64,000 nt of DNA from the human T2T-CHM13v2.0 reference genome, Homo sapiens. Each line of letters opens with the position of its first letter. Positions within the stretch are counted from its first letter, which is position 1. The notes under the pieces were generated by a model. That model saw only the letters and a program-made list of their open reading frames with translations. It was not told where the DNA came from and made no database searches. The position numbers and the translations under genes are program-made. Positions 1-18,805 of this stretch are shown in pieces. The stretch is taken from the NCBI RefSeq assembly GCF_009914755.1, contig NC_060943.1; one strand, written 5' to 3'.

Positions 1-1362
1 ACACCTCCTCACTGACATGGAAATGGAGACAAACCCCAGCCTTCCACCCCTATCCTGGGTCCAGTGCTGGCCTTTCACCCTCCACCCACTGGCTCCAAGT
101 CCTAAGAACCCATGCCACCCCAACCTGAGCCCCCCCACGGCCCATCTGACAGCCCCCACACCAGCCTCCAAGCTCTGCTGTCTCCCGCAGACTCATGTCC
201 CGGGGGCCATGCTGCTGTACCCCGGACCACACTCCTGTCTCACCCAACCTTGAGCTTTTCCAGAGCTCCTGGCAGTGGAAGACAGACCCATTCCCAGAGG
301 GTGACAGCCCCAAGTGGTCAGGGCTTGGGTGGGGGAGCCCGGAGGAGGCACCTGACACAGACCAGGGGTCCAGGCAAGCTTCTGGGAGGAGGGGACACCG
401 AGGCAGAGCCCAGGGCTGAGGAGGAGGAGGAGAAATTCCAGCAGATGCTGGGGAAGCCGGGCTTTAGTGGAGAAAATCACTCCTGTGAAACGCTGGGGGC
501 TTTTTGGTTTTGGGTTTTTTTTTTTCTTCCTGCCATCTAGAGCAAAATGGCAAGGTTGGGATTTGAACCAATGTCTGTTTCCAAGGCCCGTGCTCTTAAC
601 CCCTCTGCTGCCTCCATGTGAAATCATAAGAGTTGTGGAGCCGGTGTCTGGGTGTGGCCTGGCATGAGGCTGGCCTGGCCTGAGCCCGTGCTGGGCCTCT
701 GAAGCCAGCCTTGGAGCCTGGACTCTCTCCCATGGTCAGTGGGGACCAGGAGGGGCCGCAGGCCAAGGGGAACTCGGCCAGGTTTGCATCCAGCGGGTGG
801 AGATGGGTGTGCCTGGGGACTCACCCTCCCGGTGCCCAGCCCAGCCTGGCGGGGAGAAGCCCCAAGGCCCACAAGTTGGCCATAGACACAAGTGCAGCCT
901 CAGTGTGGTAGCCCACTGAGGGGTCCGTGTGGTCCTTGCAGGGTGCTTTTGAATGCTTTGACTTCTTTGCCTCCACTGAGAAAGTGACAGACTTCACTTC
1001 CAAAGCCGTTTCTGGCATCTGGTGACAGACCAGCTGGAGGCGAGTGGCAGCTGCCTCCACGGGCAGGGCACTGGCTCTTCTGGGCCACAGGCCGCACCCG
1101 ACCCACCTCAGCTCCACGCCCTGCCTGGCTCTGTGGCCACTTGCATGTAGGCTTTGCCCCCACCAAGGTGTCTCCAAAAACCCAGCCCCTGCCTGGCTTG
1201 CCAGATGTGAGGCCTGCCTGTGACTGTCCCAGCAGGAGGCAGGGCACTTGAATTCACACATGGGGCCTTGTGGCCAGCACTGTCCTGGGGCCCCATAGGC
1301 ACTTGTGTTTGCTGCCCTTGACCGGGCCTCAGGCCTCCCAGGACCTTCTCGACTCCCTGTTG

Positions 1363-1656
1363 GTTTTTTTTTTTTTTTTTTTGAGAGACATTCCTGCTCT
1401 GTCTCCCTGGCTGGAGTGCAGTGGCGCCACCTCGGCTCATGCAACCTTCGCCTCCTGGGTTCAAGCGATTTTCCTGCCTCAGCCTCCCGCGTAGCTGGGA
1501 TTACAGGCGCCCACCACTATGCCCATCTAATTTTTGTATTTTTAGTAGAGACGGGTTTTCGCCATTTTGGCCAGGCTGGTCTCAAACTCCTGACCTCAGG
1601 TGATCCTCAGCCTCCCGAGGTGCTGGGATTATAGGCGTGAGCCACTGCTTCTTGCC
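1363..1656 (-). mobile_element. Alu (antisense, PAK4 intron)
   Basis: polyT followed by the reverse Alu body. Confidence 0.92.
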
Positions 1657-1779
1657 TCAACGCCCTGTTCTAACAGCAAAGTCTGGCCTTGTGTCCACCT
1701 TGACTTCCTGGGGCCCCTGGGCAAGGCCCGGCTTCAGGCAGACAGCCACGGCCAGGAGAGACAGGGCAGCGGCAGACCA

Positions 1780-1941
1780 CGGATTTTGTGGGATCAGTGT
1801 TTTCTACACGTTACAGGCAGGCCTCTGGCTGGAGGATGCCTGGCAGCCCCAGGCAGGGTCCGGGTTTCGTGGGATCAGTGTTTTCCACACATTAGAGGCA
1901 GGCCTCCGGCTGGAGGACATCTGGCAGCCCCGGGCAGGGTC
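1780..1941. repeat. Two-copy 81-bp tandem duplication in a PAK4 intron
   Basis: 1780-1860 and 1861-1941 align without gaps, about 10 mismatches by eye. Confidence 0.9.
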
Positions 1942-1989
1942 CTTGTCAGCAGGGCCCACGTTCTCAGCTCACTGTGGCCTTTGCACAGA

Positions 1990-2450
1990 CACCTCACTCA
2001 CTACGTGGTTTAGCAAAAGTTCACTGAGCCCCTGCTGTGCGCCAGATGCTGGTCTAGGTGCTGAGATGGAGCAGGACCCGAAGCAGACAGGAAAAAACAA
2101 TCCCTGCCCAGAGCATGCACTAGGCAGAGCCGGGAGCAGACAGATGCCTGTGTGCTCTGTATCAGCTGCTGTTAGGTGCTCTAGGTAGAATGCAGGCAGG
2201 GCAGGGGCCGGGGAGGGCAGGGGCTGGCATTTTAGATGATGGGAGGCCAGCAGAAGCCTCACTGAGAAGCTGAGTTTTGAGCAAAGACCTGAAGGAGTGG
2301 AGGGAGGGAGCCACAGGGACCCTGAGAGCTGATGTTCCAGGCAGAGGGAGCCGCCAGCGGAGAGGCCCTGGGCGCAGGGGGGCGGGGGTGGGGGAGACAC
2401 CCGTGTGTCTGGAAATGGAACAGGGGCAGAGGGGGCCTGCAGGACACGAC
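1990..2450 (-). mobile_element. Degenerate L2 fragment
   Basis: actgagcccctgctgtgcgccagatgctggtctaggtgctgag and tttgagcaaagacctgaagga resemble the L2 3' region. Confidence 0.6.
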
Positions 2451-3072
2451 TCAGACCACAGAGGGTGGGGACCGGGTGACTCGGGATGCACTGGATGCTC
2501 TGCCTGGTCCCCATCTGCATTTGTATTTGCCACCCGGCTCCTGGGACCCCCTTGCCCTCTACTTTGGGACCAGGCCTTTCTGACTCTCCCTGTCCCCCAC
2601 TCCTTGTTGTTCATGGGAGCAGAGAGTGTGGTTTTGGGGCTAAGGAACACTGGCGCCCACATGGGAGGAAGTGCCAGGCCAGGCCCTGGCCCCAGCGCCC
2701 TGTCATTTGCAGCCCTCGGGGCTGATTATGGGGTGGGTCAATTTCTGCCCTTCCTCCCCCAAACCCCTCAGGGCAGGACTATTCCACCAGTGTGAGGAAC
2801 AGGAGAAAAACAAGGGGGGCCTCTCCAGGGTCCCACCGAGCCCAGGGGGCAGCAGCCTGGCCATGGCGATCACTCCTCTGGCCCCTGCAGCTGTGTCCCC
2901 AGGGAGGGGAGGGGCTGCACTGCCCATGCCATTGTCACTCCATGGCATCTCTTCATTGCGTCTCTGTCTTGTCTCTGTGTGTGTCGTGCTGTCCTGTCCC
3001 TGCGTGTCGGATGCACGTCCTGTGTGCCCCACTCCTTGCTGGGCCCCCACCCACCATTGCCTGGGACCCCAG

Positions 3073-3531
3073 ACCATCGTGCGGGGCAGCAAAGGTGCCA
3101 AAGATGGGGCCCTCACGCTGCTGCTGGACGAGTTTGAGAACATGTCGGTGACACGCTCCAACTCCCTGCGGAGAGACAGCCCGCCGCCGCCCGCCCGTGC
3201 CCGCCAGGAAAATGGGATGCCAGAGGAGCCGGCCACCACGGCCAGAGGGGGCCCAGGGAAGGCAGGCAGCCGAGGCCGGTTCGCCGGTCACAGCGAGGCG
3301 GGTGGCGGCAGTGGTGACAGGCGACGGGCGGGGCCAGAGAAGAGGCCCAAGTCTTCCAGGGAGGGCTCAGGGGGTCCCCAGGAGTCCTCCCGGGACAAAC
3401 GCCCCCTCTCCGGGCCTGATGTCGGCACCCCCCAGCCTGCTGGTCTGGCCAGTGGGGCGAAACTGGCAGCTGGCCGGCCCTTTAACACCTACCCGAGGGC
3501 TGACACGGACCACCCATCCCGGGGTGCCCAG
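3073..3531 (+). CDS. PAK4: PAK4 coding exon, aa T69-Q221 (regulatory/low-complexity region)
   Basis: ccccag|ACCATC acceptor and GCCCAG|gtaacc donor; 459 nt, phase 0-0; translates TIVRGSKGAKDGALTLLLDEFENMSVTRSNSLRRDS...HPSRGAQ, recognised as PAK4. Confidence 0.97.
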
Positions 3532-3535
3532 GTAA

Positions 3536-4444
<909 letters not shown>

Positions 4445-4845
4445 TGAGGCCCGCCTGGGCTCCAGGGTACAGTGTCCTCCAGACCTGCCCCTCCTGGGTT
4501 CCCTGTGCCCCGCCCTGGCCTCCACTCCTGGGTGTCCCTCGGCACAGCCCACACAACCACCAAGAGTATGTTTCTGACGTTCAGGCCCACCCCCTCCCCG
4601 TCCCTCCTTAGAGACCCTGGCAGTGCCCCGTAGCACCCTGACGATAGGAAGCCCAGGTCCCTTTGCCGGGTGTGTGAGGCCCCTCTCGACCCCGTTGCCC
4701 ATCACAGTGCCGGGCTGCACCATGGAGCTCCTCGCCTGGGTTCCTCATCCTCCCGCCGACACACGCCTCTTCTCTCATCCTTGCCCTTGTCCGGGTCTCA
4801 GCCCTGTGATTGAACGCTCTCTTCCCACCTGCCCCCCAGCACTAG

Positions 4846-5247
<402 letters not shown>

Positions 5248-5278
5248 TGACACGACCAAGTCCCCTCCAGACCACTAG

Positions 5279-5686
<408 letters not shown>

Positions 5687-6633
5687 TGACCCCCAGGTCT
5701 GTGTCTTGAGGAGCTGGGAACTTCGTCCCTCCCTGGTGGAGCAGCCCAGAGTCAGGTTCCAGCTCAGTGGGGACTCTGTGCAGTGGGAGGGCACAGGCTG
5801 GCGGGGGCTCTGCCATCAGCACAGGACACTGGGCCCAGGGGCAGGGATCTGGGCAGACAGCGCAGCCCCCGCCACAGGCTTCTTCCTCCACTGAAAAGCT
5901 GCTCCCTGCCCAGCACCCAGGGCGGTCCATGGACCCCAGTCCTGTCTTCCATGCTTTGGACTGAGGTTCCAAATCTGAGGCTGTGACAATTATAACGTCG
6001 GGTGGACATGATTTTCTGTGAGAGAGGGCCCTTGACTTGAATGAAATGCTTGCAGAAGTGGATGACTCCATCCCCTCCCCCAAGGAAGATTAAGCCACAC
6101 CATTAGTCCAGGCAGAGGCAGAGAGAGCTCTGTGTCACTGACAGTCTGAAAATCTCCAGATGTCTATAGATGTGTTTTGGGGGCGATGTCTATGGGCCAC
6201 CTGAGATTGTCCACACACGGTTGTGGGGATGTTTGCTGGAGGCAGGAAGACCCATAGAAATCCTCAAAAATCGGAAAGGGACCCACAGTTCCTAAGAAGG
6301 TGTGAGAGGCCTGGTTGTCGCAAAGGCAGGCTGTGTCCCCTCACGGCCCTAGTGCAGGGCTACTTTCTGCTCCAACCGAACTAAAGACTTGTTCCAGGGC
6401 AGCAGGGCCCCAGGGCACAGGCTTTTGGGGCCACCCCTGTTCCCAGCTCCGGCCCTGCCTTTGCTATCTGCAGTACTCAGGTCAGTGTCCCCAAAAGCCC
6501 CAGAGGCTGTCAGGGAGGGAAATGGGGGGATCGTGGGGGAGGTGACTTGCCCGAGGGCCCCCACCAGGAGGTGGTGGAGCTCCCCATTGGTCTGGCTCTA
6601 GACCCCAGCTCTGACCCTAGACCCCAGCTCTGA

Positions 6634-7322
<689 letters not shown>

Positions 7323-7649
7323 TGGCTCTGCCTTCTGAGCATTGTTTTCACAGGCCGGCTTTCCCCTTGTGGGAGCAGAGCTGGTCCCGGCAGCTCTGGG
7401 AAGTGTCTCCCACCTATGGGCTCCTCTCTTTCCCTGGGTGTTTTGGGTAAAGTCCCCAGGTTGGCTCTGATTGGCTCAGCCTGGGTCCTGTGCCTGTTTC
7501 TGAACCAATCACTGTGTCTCCACTGTGGTGATGAGGCCGCATGGGTCCTGAACCCACCAGTGGATGCTACCTGGGCTGAGGGAGGGAGGACACCTGGGGG
7601 CAGTTGACAGAAAGAAGAGGGGTGGGTGCTGGGGGGGCAGCTCTCTTGA

Positions 7650-8054
<405 letters not shown>

Positions 8055-8578
8055 TGATGGCGCCTGGGATGGCGCTTACTGTGTGCTGGGCCCCCCACCC
8101 CCGGGCCTCATGTGTCTGTGCAGACCCCCTCTGTGGGGCCTGGGCGACAGAGGCAGCAGAGCCACAGGCCCTCTGCACCCTCACCATTGCCCTGGGCCCC
8201 ACCCAGCCCTAGAGAGATTTGCACGTTTAGAAGTGGAGGACAGGGCCGGGACCTTCCTAGTGGAGGACTTGCCAGGAGGGAAAGGGGCACCTCTGGGCCC
8301 CAGTTGCTTTCAGCTTCTTGCTAAACCATGGAAATAGGGAGTACATGAGCCCCCAGGGTTTGTCACTTCCTCTGGGGCCACATAGTAAGCGCCATCACAG
8401 GTGCCATCACTGTCCCTGTCCCGTCTACACCCCAAGATCTAGACACCCATGACCTCCGCCCCCTGCCCTCCTGCACAGTACATGCCGCCAGCCGACTTGG
8501 CAGAGGCGGACACTGCAGCCCTACAGCAAATGAACAGTGGGGAGCCTCGCCCCCTGACCCTCCCCTCCTTCTCGACAG

Positions 8579-8734
8579 GTGTCGCCATCCCTGAAGGGCT
8601 TCCTGGACCGCCTGCTGGTGCGAGACCCTGCCCAGCGGGCCACGGCAGCCGAGCTGCTGAAGCACCCATTCCTGGCCAAGGCAGGGCCGCCTGCCAGCAT
8701 CGTGCCCCTCATGCGCCAGAACCGCACCAGATGA
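8579..8734 (+). CDS. PAK4: PAK4 last coding exon ([20 protein letters not shown]...MRQNRTR stop)
   Basis: cgacag|GTGTCG; TGA at 8732-8734; exon sum gives the 591-aa end. Confidence 0.97.
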   Translation: MSPSLKGFLDRLLVRDPAQRATAAELLKHPFLAKAGPPASIVPLMRQNRTR

Positions 8735-9537
8735 GGCCCAGCGCCCTTCCCCTCAACCAAAGAGCCCCCCGGGTCACCCCCGCCCCACTGAGGCCAGTAG
8801 GGGGCCAGGCCTCCCACTCCTCCCAGCCCGGGAGATGCTCCGCGTGGCACCACCCTCCTTGCTGGGGGTAGATGAGACCCTACTACTGAACTCCAGTTTT
8901 GATCTCGTGACTTTTAGAAAAACACAGGGACTCGTGGGAGCAAGCGAGGCTCCCAGGACCCCCACCCTCTGGGACAGGCCCTCCCCCATGTTCTTCTGTC
9001 TCCAGGAAGGGCAGCGGCCCTCCCATCACTGGAAGTCTGCAGTGGGGGTCGCTGGGGGTGGAGAGAACACTAAGAGGTGAACATGTATGAGTGTGTGCAC
9101 GCGTGTGAGTGTGCATGTGTGTGTGTGCAAAGGTCCAGCCACCCCGTCCTCCAGCCTGCAAGGGGTGTCTGGCGCCTTGCCTGACACCCAGCCCCCTCTC
9201 CCCCTGAGCCATTGTGGGGGTCGATCATGAATGTCCGAAGAGTGGCCTTTTCCCGTAGCCCTGCGCCCCCTTTCTGTGGCTGGATGGGGAGACAGGTCAG
9301 GGCCCCCCACCCTCTCCAGCCCCTGCAGCAAATGACTACTGCACCTGGACAGCCTCCTCTTTTCTAGAAGTCTATTTATATTGTCATTTTATAACACTCT
9401 AGCCCCTGCCCTTATTGGGGGACAGATGGTCCCTGTCCTGCGGGGTGGCCCTGGCAGAACCACTGCCTGAAGAACCAGGTTCCTGCCCGGTCAGCGCAGC
9501 CCCAGCCCGCCCACCCCTGCCTCGAGTTAGTTTTACA

Positions 9538-9543
9538 ATTAAA
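9538..9543 (+). terminator. PAK4: PAK4 polyadenylation signal (ATTAAA) with downstream GT-rich element
   Basis: ATTAAA followed by ttgtcttgttttgtgtctgtgtg. Confidence 0.8.
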
Positions 9544-10567
9544 ACATTGTCTTGTTTTGTGTCTGTGTGCGATGTGTGGGGGGCAGGGGGCCCTGCCCGG
9601 CTGTCTTGGGTGGGAATTTGCAGGGAGAGGGTCTGGATCTGGGAGCAAACCACGATTCCAGCCAAGGCAGGGCAAGGGTGGGGTGGGGAGTGGGGAGTTC
9701 AGGTCATAGCAGCCAGTAAGCTCCCCCAGCCTGCCACTCCCCAGAATGGGGCAGGATTGTCCCCACCCCTGGAAGCAGCCAGTTTGCCACAGTCCATGTG
9801 CAGACTGATCCCAGTTTGCCAAATCTGCAATTTCCTGGAACCTTTTAAAGGCTGTCTTGAGCGCGTTTGGTGAGTAGGAGCTAACCCAAGTTAGTAAATT
9901 GAAGGCCATTTGGCAAATTGGTCAGTGGGCAGATGGGCTTTTGGGGATTGACTGAGGCTGACTGGCCTGGAGCTGCTGGCTTCGGAGAGACACCCTGTGA
10001 AGTGTGTCCTTCCACGCAGGAGCCCAGAGCCGAGCCCACGCTGGGGGGAATCTGACTGGCATGGAGGTGGCCATGCCACCATCGCTGCTGCAGCTGCATC
10101 CTGGCACTTTGCGCCTCAGGCCCTGTTGGGCTCCACTTTCTGCATCCTCCCCAGCCCCCAGGGAGGCAGTGGAGTGGGGAGAGAGCCAGGAGTGAGCCTC
10201 CGTCCCCAAAGCCAGCCAGGCGTCATCAGCACCAGAGACCTCAGCCTGGTCCTCTCGGGAAGTGAGTGGCCAGGGCAGAGATTCCAGGTTAGTCCACGCC
10301 TCCCACCCTTCACAGGTCCTGACCCCAAGAATCAGAGCACTGTGTGTGTGGCAGGGCCTATGCCAAGTGCAAACACAGCCTAGATGGATCATCACAGAGT
10401 GAAACCCAGCGGTGCAAGCAGCTGTGCTCTCTGCGATGTATTGGAGGCTTAGGTGAGGTGGATGCCTTTCTGGAAAAAAAAAAAATGCTAACATTGGCAA
10501 AAGAAGAAATAGAAAACAAGACCAAAATAACTGTCTCCTCACTGCACACACACTCCAGAATAAATAA

Positions 10568-10819
<252 letters not shown>

Positions 10820-10838
10820 TGAACTCCTGACCTCGTGA

Positions 10839-10949
<111 letters not shown>

Positions 10950-12059
10950 TGAACAAGTTGTTCCAGAAAGATAGCAGCTCAGGAGGCCTCTGTGACCATG
11001 GTTCCAGACCCAGATAAGGACGGCAAAGAACAGAGCATCTCAGAAACGCAAGGCTCACAGCCAGGGTGCCCGGCGACCCCACGGGCACTGAGAACAGCTA
11101 GCTCTAGGAGCTCCACTCTCCTGCTGAAGAAACCACGGGCTCAGAGACGGGGAGCTCCCTCGCCCAGCCACATCTGTGACCCCACGGTAACTCTGCTGGT
11201 TTTGGTGCCTTCAGTCACTCACTGCAGGTTTGTTTTGTTTTGTTTTGTTTTGAGTTTTTTTGTTTTTTGTTTTTTGTTTTTAGAGACAAGATGTTGCTAT
11301 GTTGCCTAGGCTGGTTTCGAACTCCTGGCCTCAAGGGATCCTCCCTCCTTGGCCCCGCAAAGTGCTGGGATTACAGGCGTGAGCCACCGTGCCCAGCCCG
11401 CTCACTGCAGTTTGAAGGCATGGCTTTGGGTGGCGTGGGGTGAAAGCTGCCCGAGGCCCCGTTCCTCCCCACGTGGCTGCCTCCTGCCAGAGCCAGTCAG
11501 GAAAACAGACCCCAACTAGAGTTGTTTCAAATGGCAGGGATTTGGTACCGGTGGTTGGATCATGACAAAGCTCTGAGAAGGCTGGAGGAGCCACAGAGTG
11601 CCAAGTGCCCAGCAATCATTAGAGGAAGGAGGCTGCTGCCACCTGTGTGGCTAGAGGAACAGAGGGGCCAATGGCATTCCCCAAACCCCACTCTCGCCTC
11701 TGTCTGGCCAGAGCAGAATGGCTTCTTCCAGCTTCCCACCCTGGACTCCCACCCAGGAGCCTCCTCCTGGCAGACCCTTCCTGACCCCACCGGCCCGGGG
11801 GGTCTACAGATCCATGTTTCAGGCGTCCGCCTGGAGCGGAACAGGGGAGTGCTTAGGACAAGGGTGGTGCCAGAGGATCCACTCTGCCCACATTTAGTTG
11901 ACCAGCTGAGGCACTCCACGGGAATGAATGACTCTCGACAGGTGCCGGAGGTGAGGAGGGGCCCGGAGGCCCAGGAGGGGCACAGGGATGGATTCGTCCG
12001 CCTGGGGGCTGGAGGTGTGTTTACAGAGCCCCAAAATAAACAATGCAACCAGGTCAGAC

Positions 12060-12233
12060 CAGCGGTTCTCACAGTGTGGTTCCCAGACCAGCAGCATCAC
12101 TGGGAGCTTACTGGACACGCAAATAAATCCCTGTGTGCCACCCCAGCTGCATCAGATGCTGGTGGGGCCCAGTGATCTGTATTTAACACACCCTCCGGGG
12201 GATGCCGGTGCCCACTCACGTTTGAGAACCCCT
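12060..12233. mobile_element. MER5-like hAT DNA transposon relic
   Basis: Ends cagcggttctca...tttgagaacccctg form terminal inverted repeats; internal ccagcagcatca motif. Confidence 0.7.
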
Positions 12234-12929
12234 GCGATCCACGACTGCCCTCCCGTGTAAAAGGCCCACCTCTGTGGGACTCCAAGTCATCAGCACCCTA
12301 GGGTCCTTCCGTCTTTTTCCTTCCTCCTGGGACACCTGCCTCTCCCATGTCGTATTAGAGAATTCCTTATGCTCCCAAGTGGGCACGGGGAGAGGAAGGC
12401 ACTCCTCTTTAAGGACCGACCCAGAGGTTTTGCCATTGCTTCACTGGCCAGAGCTTAGTCACGCAGCCTCACCCAGAGGCAAGGGAGGTTGGAAAATGTA
12501 GTGTTTGTGTGTGTCTAACACAAATTCTATTACCATGCAGTCAGGATTCTCCACTCTTGCTCTTTCATTAGATTTGCTGGGCTTCACCCTGGACTTTCTG
12601 ATTTAGTGACAGAACAGAGAACCCAGAGGCAGACCCAGATGTGTACAAGGGCTTCATATACAATCAGGAGATTTAATAATCATGCTAGGGGCCGGGTGCA
12701 GTGGCTCACGCCTGTAATCCCAAGCACTTTGGGGAGCCGAGGCAGGCAGATCACTTGAGGTCAGGAGTTTGAGACCAGCCTGGGCAACAAAGTGAGACCC
12801 TGTCTCTACTAAAAATAACAAAAATTAGCCGGGCGTGGTGGTGGGCGCCTGTAATCCCAGCTCCTCGGGTGGCTGAGGCATGAGAATCACTTGAACCCAG
12901 GAGGCAGAGGTTTCAGTGAGCTGAGATCA

Positions 12930-13310
<381 letters not shown>

Positions 13311-14066
13311 TCAGAATGGGGAAAAATATTTGCAGAGTCTAGCACTGATAAGATATCTTCTTAACAAGAAAAAGAGACCAGCCATAACAGGACAATGGGC
13401 AAAGGATATGAACAGGCAATTTAGAGAAGAAAGAACTCAAAGCCCAGTAAGGGTGTTCACAGCTGCTCAAACTCGTTAGTCATCAGAGACATGCACGTTC
13501 AAACCGTGCGGCGGTATTTTACACCATGAGTCTGATAAAAACAGATCCAGCTTAGTCAAGTGTTGCACATATGTATCTCCCAATGATTCCAATAGTCACA
13601 CCCGGGTGACTTCCCAAAGAAACTCTCTGGACCTGAGGAAGAGTCGATGAGGACGTTCACTGTAGCATTATTTGTGGGGTGGAGCTGGAGGCAGGGGCAT
13701 GTCCACCCCAGGGGAGTGGGTGGCTAAACAGAAGGGGTGCACCCCCAAAATTCCTGTCCAGACAGCAGGTAAGAAAAACAATAATAAGATTCATAATACA
13801 AGGCTGGGTGTATAAATAGCAAATTATGGACATAAAACAATGGTCCTCATTTTGCAAGGTTAGGAGACTCATTTGCATATTAGCATGGCTGCCACTGGGG
13901 AGGGAGAGGGGTGAGGGAAAGAATGAATGAACTGCAGATCTTGGGAGAAATGAAGGCCTTGAAGGCCACACTGAGGCTTGGTTCTCTAAGCAAAGGGGAA
14001 CTCCCTTTTGTGTGGCTTGGGGCCTGGTCACAGGTATTTAATATAAAAATAAGCCAGGTGATCCTA

Positions 14067-15232
<1,166 letters not shown>

Positions 15233-16161
15233 GACCCTCGTAGCCGCCTTCTGCGGAACTACTGTACCTTCCTTGGCCTGTTTCACAGATGAGAGACAGG
15301 AACAAAGATGTCAACCTGAGGTCACAGAGCCAGAAAGTGATAGAGGCAGGATTCGAATCCTGGCATCGGGCCTGGGAGTTCCTGCATATCCTCACCATGC
15401 AGCACTGAGAAGTGGGTCAGGGCTCCCTTCACTACCCCACTTGTGGGACCACAGTTACCAACAGAGAAGTGCCTGTGTCTTCCCAGGTGGCTGGTCACGG
15501 AAGGAGGGCAGGCCCCAAGCCGCAGACTCCAAAAGGGAGGCTGTCGTCCTAGGGTGATCCATGGAGACTTGGGGTGGAGAGGTGTTGGCTGGGGGATGAG
15601 ATGGGGCAGCAAGCAGGGTCCTGGACTGCCCTTGGGGGACACGGGGGCAGCTCAGAGCCACGCTTGGGGACTGCTGGATTATACGAAGGTGAACTCTCTG
15701 TTCCCTCCTCTCCCTGCATCTTTTTTCTTTTCTTTTTTTTTGAGATGGAGTCTCGCTCTGTCGCCCAGGCTGAAGTGCAGTGTCGAGACCTTGGCTCACT
15801 GCAACCTCTGCCTCCTGGGTTCAAGCAATTCTCCTGCCTCAGCCACCTGAGTAGCTGGGATTACAGGCACAGGCCACCACGCCCGGCTAATTTTTGTATT
15901 TTTAGTACAGACGAGGTTTCACCATGTTGGCCAGGCTGGTTTCGAACTCCTGACCTCAAGTTATCTGCGCGCCTCAGCCTCCAAAGTGGTGGAATTACAG
16001 GCATGAGCCACCGCGCCCAGCCTCCTCCTACGTCTTTGTCTCTGCCTTCCTTTGTCTCTCTCTTTCATTCTCCTGCTTAGTCTTTTTCATTATTTGAACA
16101 GGTGGCCCAAGCCCATGGTACAAAATGTAAAAGATTCCAAAGGGAATAAATGGGAAAATCA

Positions 16162-16679
<518 letters not shown>

Positions 16680-16873
16680 CTACTTAACAATGTATCTTGG
16701 TGGTTGTTCCCTGCTGGTACATAAAAAGCAATTTTGATCCTGTTAGCGGCTGTGTAATATTCCATTGAACAGAGGAACCATGAATGATAGGAACAGCCAC
16801 TGTCACTGGACATTTAGGGGGCTTGGAGTCGTTTGGTGTTTTTTATTTTATTTTGTTTTTTATTTTATTTTGA

Positions 16874-17288
<415 letters not shown>

Positions 17289-18144
17289 TGATCCACCCGC
17301 CTCGGCCTCCCGAAGTCCTGGGATTACAGGCGTGAGCCACCGTGCCCGGCCAATTTTTTTCTTTTTTGTAGAGATGGGGTTTCACCATGTTGCCCAGGCT
17401 GTTCTGGAACTCTTGAGCTCAAGCGATCCTCCCGTCTTGGCCTCCCAAAGTGTTGGGATTACAGGGGCCCTCTCTTCCTGTTTTCTGGCTCTTTGTGTAT
17501 CTTTTTGCTGTCTCTGCCTCTCCCTGTCCACACTCTTCCCTCCTTCTATCCAACCTCAGTCCTGCCTCTCTGTCGCCCCCTGCAGGGTGAAGTGGGCTCA
17601 CTGCCCCTCCAACCTCACAAACCTCTGTGGTTTGTATCTGGGGCAGACAGCACCCACCCCAGCCCACCTTTCTACTACCCCTGCCCCCTCCCGACCTGGC
17701 TGCACTTTCCCACCCTCCACAGCCCTGATAGAGAGCCCAGGATCTGCTCCCCCAGCCCCAGGTGCCCACCCTCCAGGACCCCTGCCCTTCCCCCTCTACC
17801 AGCAGGCTTGGGCCCCAGGACGTGCTGACTCCTGGGGGTGACAGGTTTTGCAGCAGGTGCAGTGGGAGCTAGGCTTGGGCAAGTTGGAAGCGGTGCCTCG
17901 GCTGGGTCAGAGCCTCTTCCTCCTGCCGCCCAGCCGGGCCTTCCTGCCCTCCCTGCCCAGCAAGCAGAGCAACGTCAGGTCAGCCCTGGGCTGGGGACAG
18001 ACAATAAACAGACCTGCCCAAGGCCCTGCCCTGGTGAGGATGACATTCGGGCAGGGTGAGAGACTGTGATCCAGTGACAGCCACACGCACAGAGGTATTT
18101 ACAAAGCATGCTGAATGCAAGAAAGGACGAATGGGGTGTGATAG

Positions 18145-18805
<661 letters not shown>

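Noticed and set aside
11522-12175. 217-aa ORF with an overlapping antisense 170-aa ORF
   Set aside because: Non-ATG start, GC-rich composition, ends within a MER5-like element, no recognisable domain
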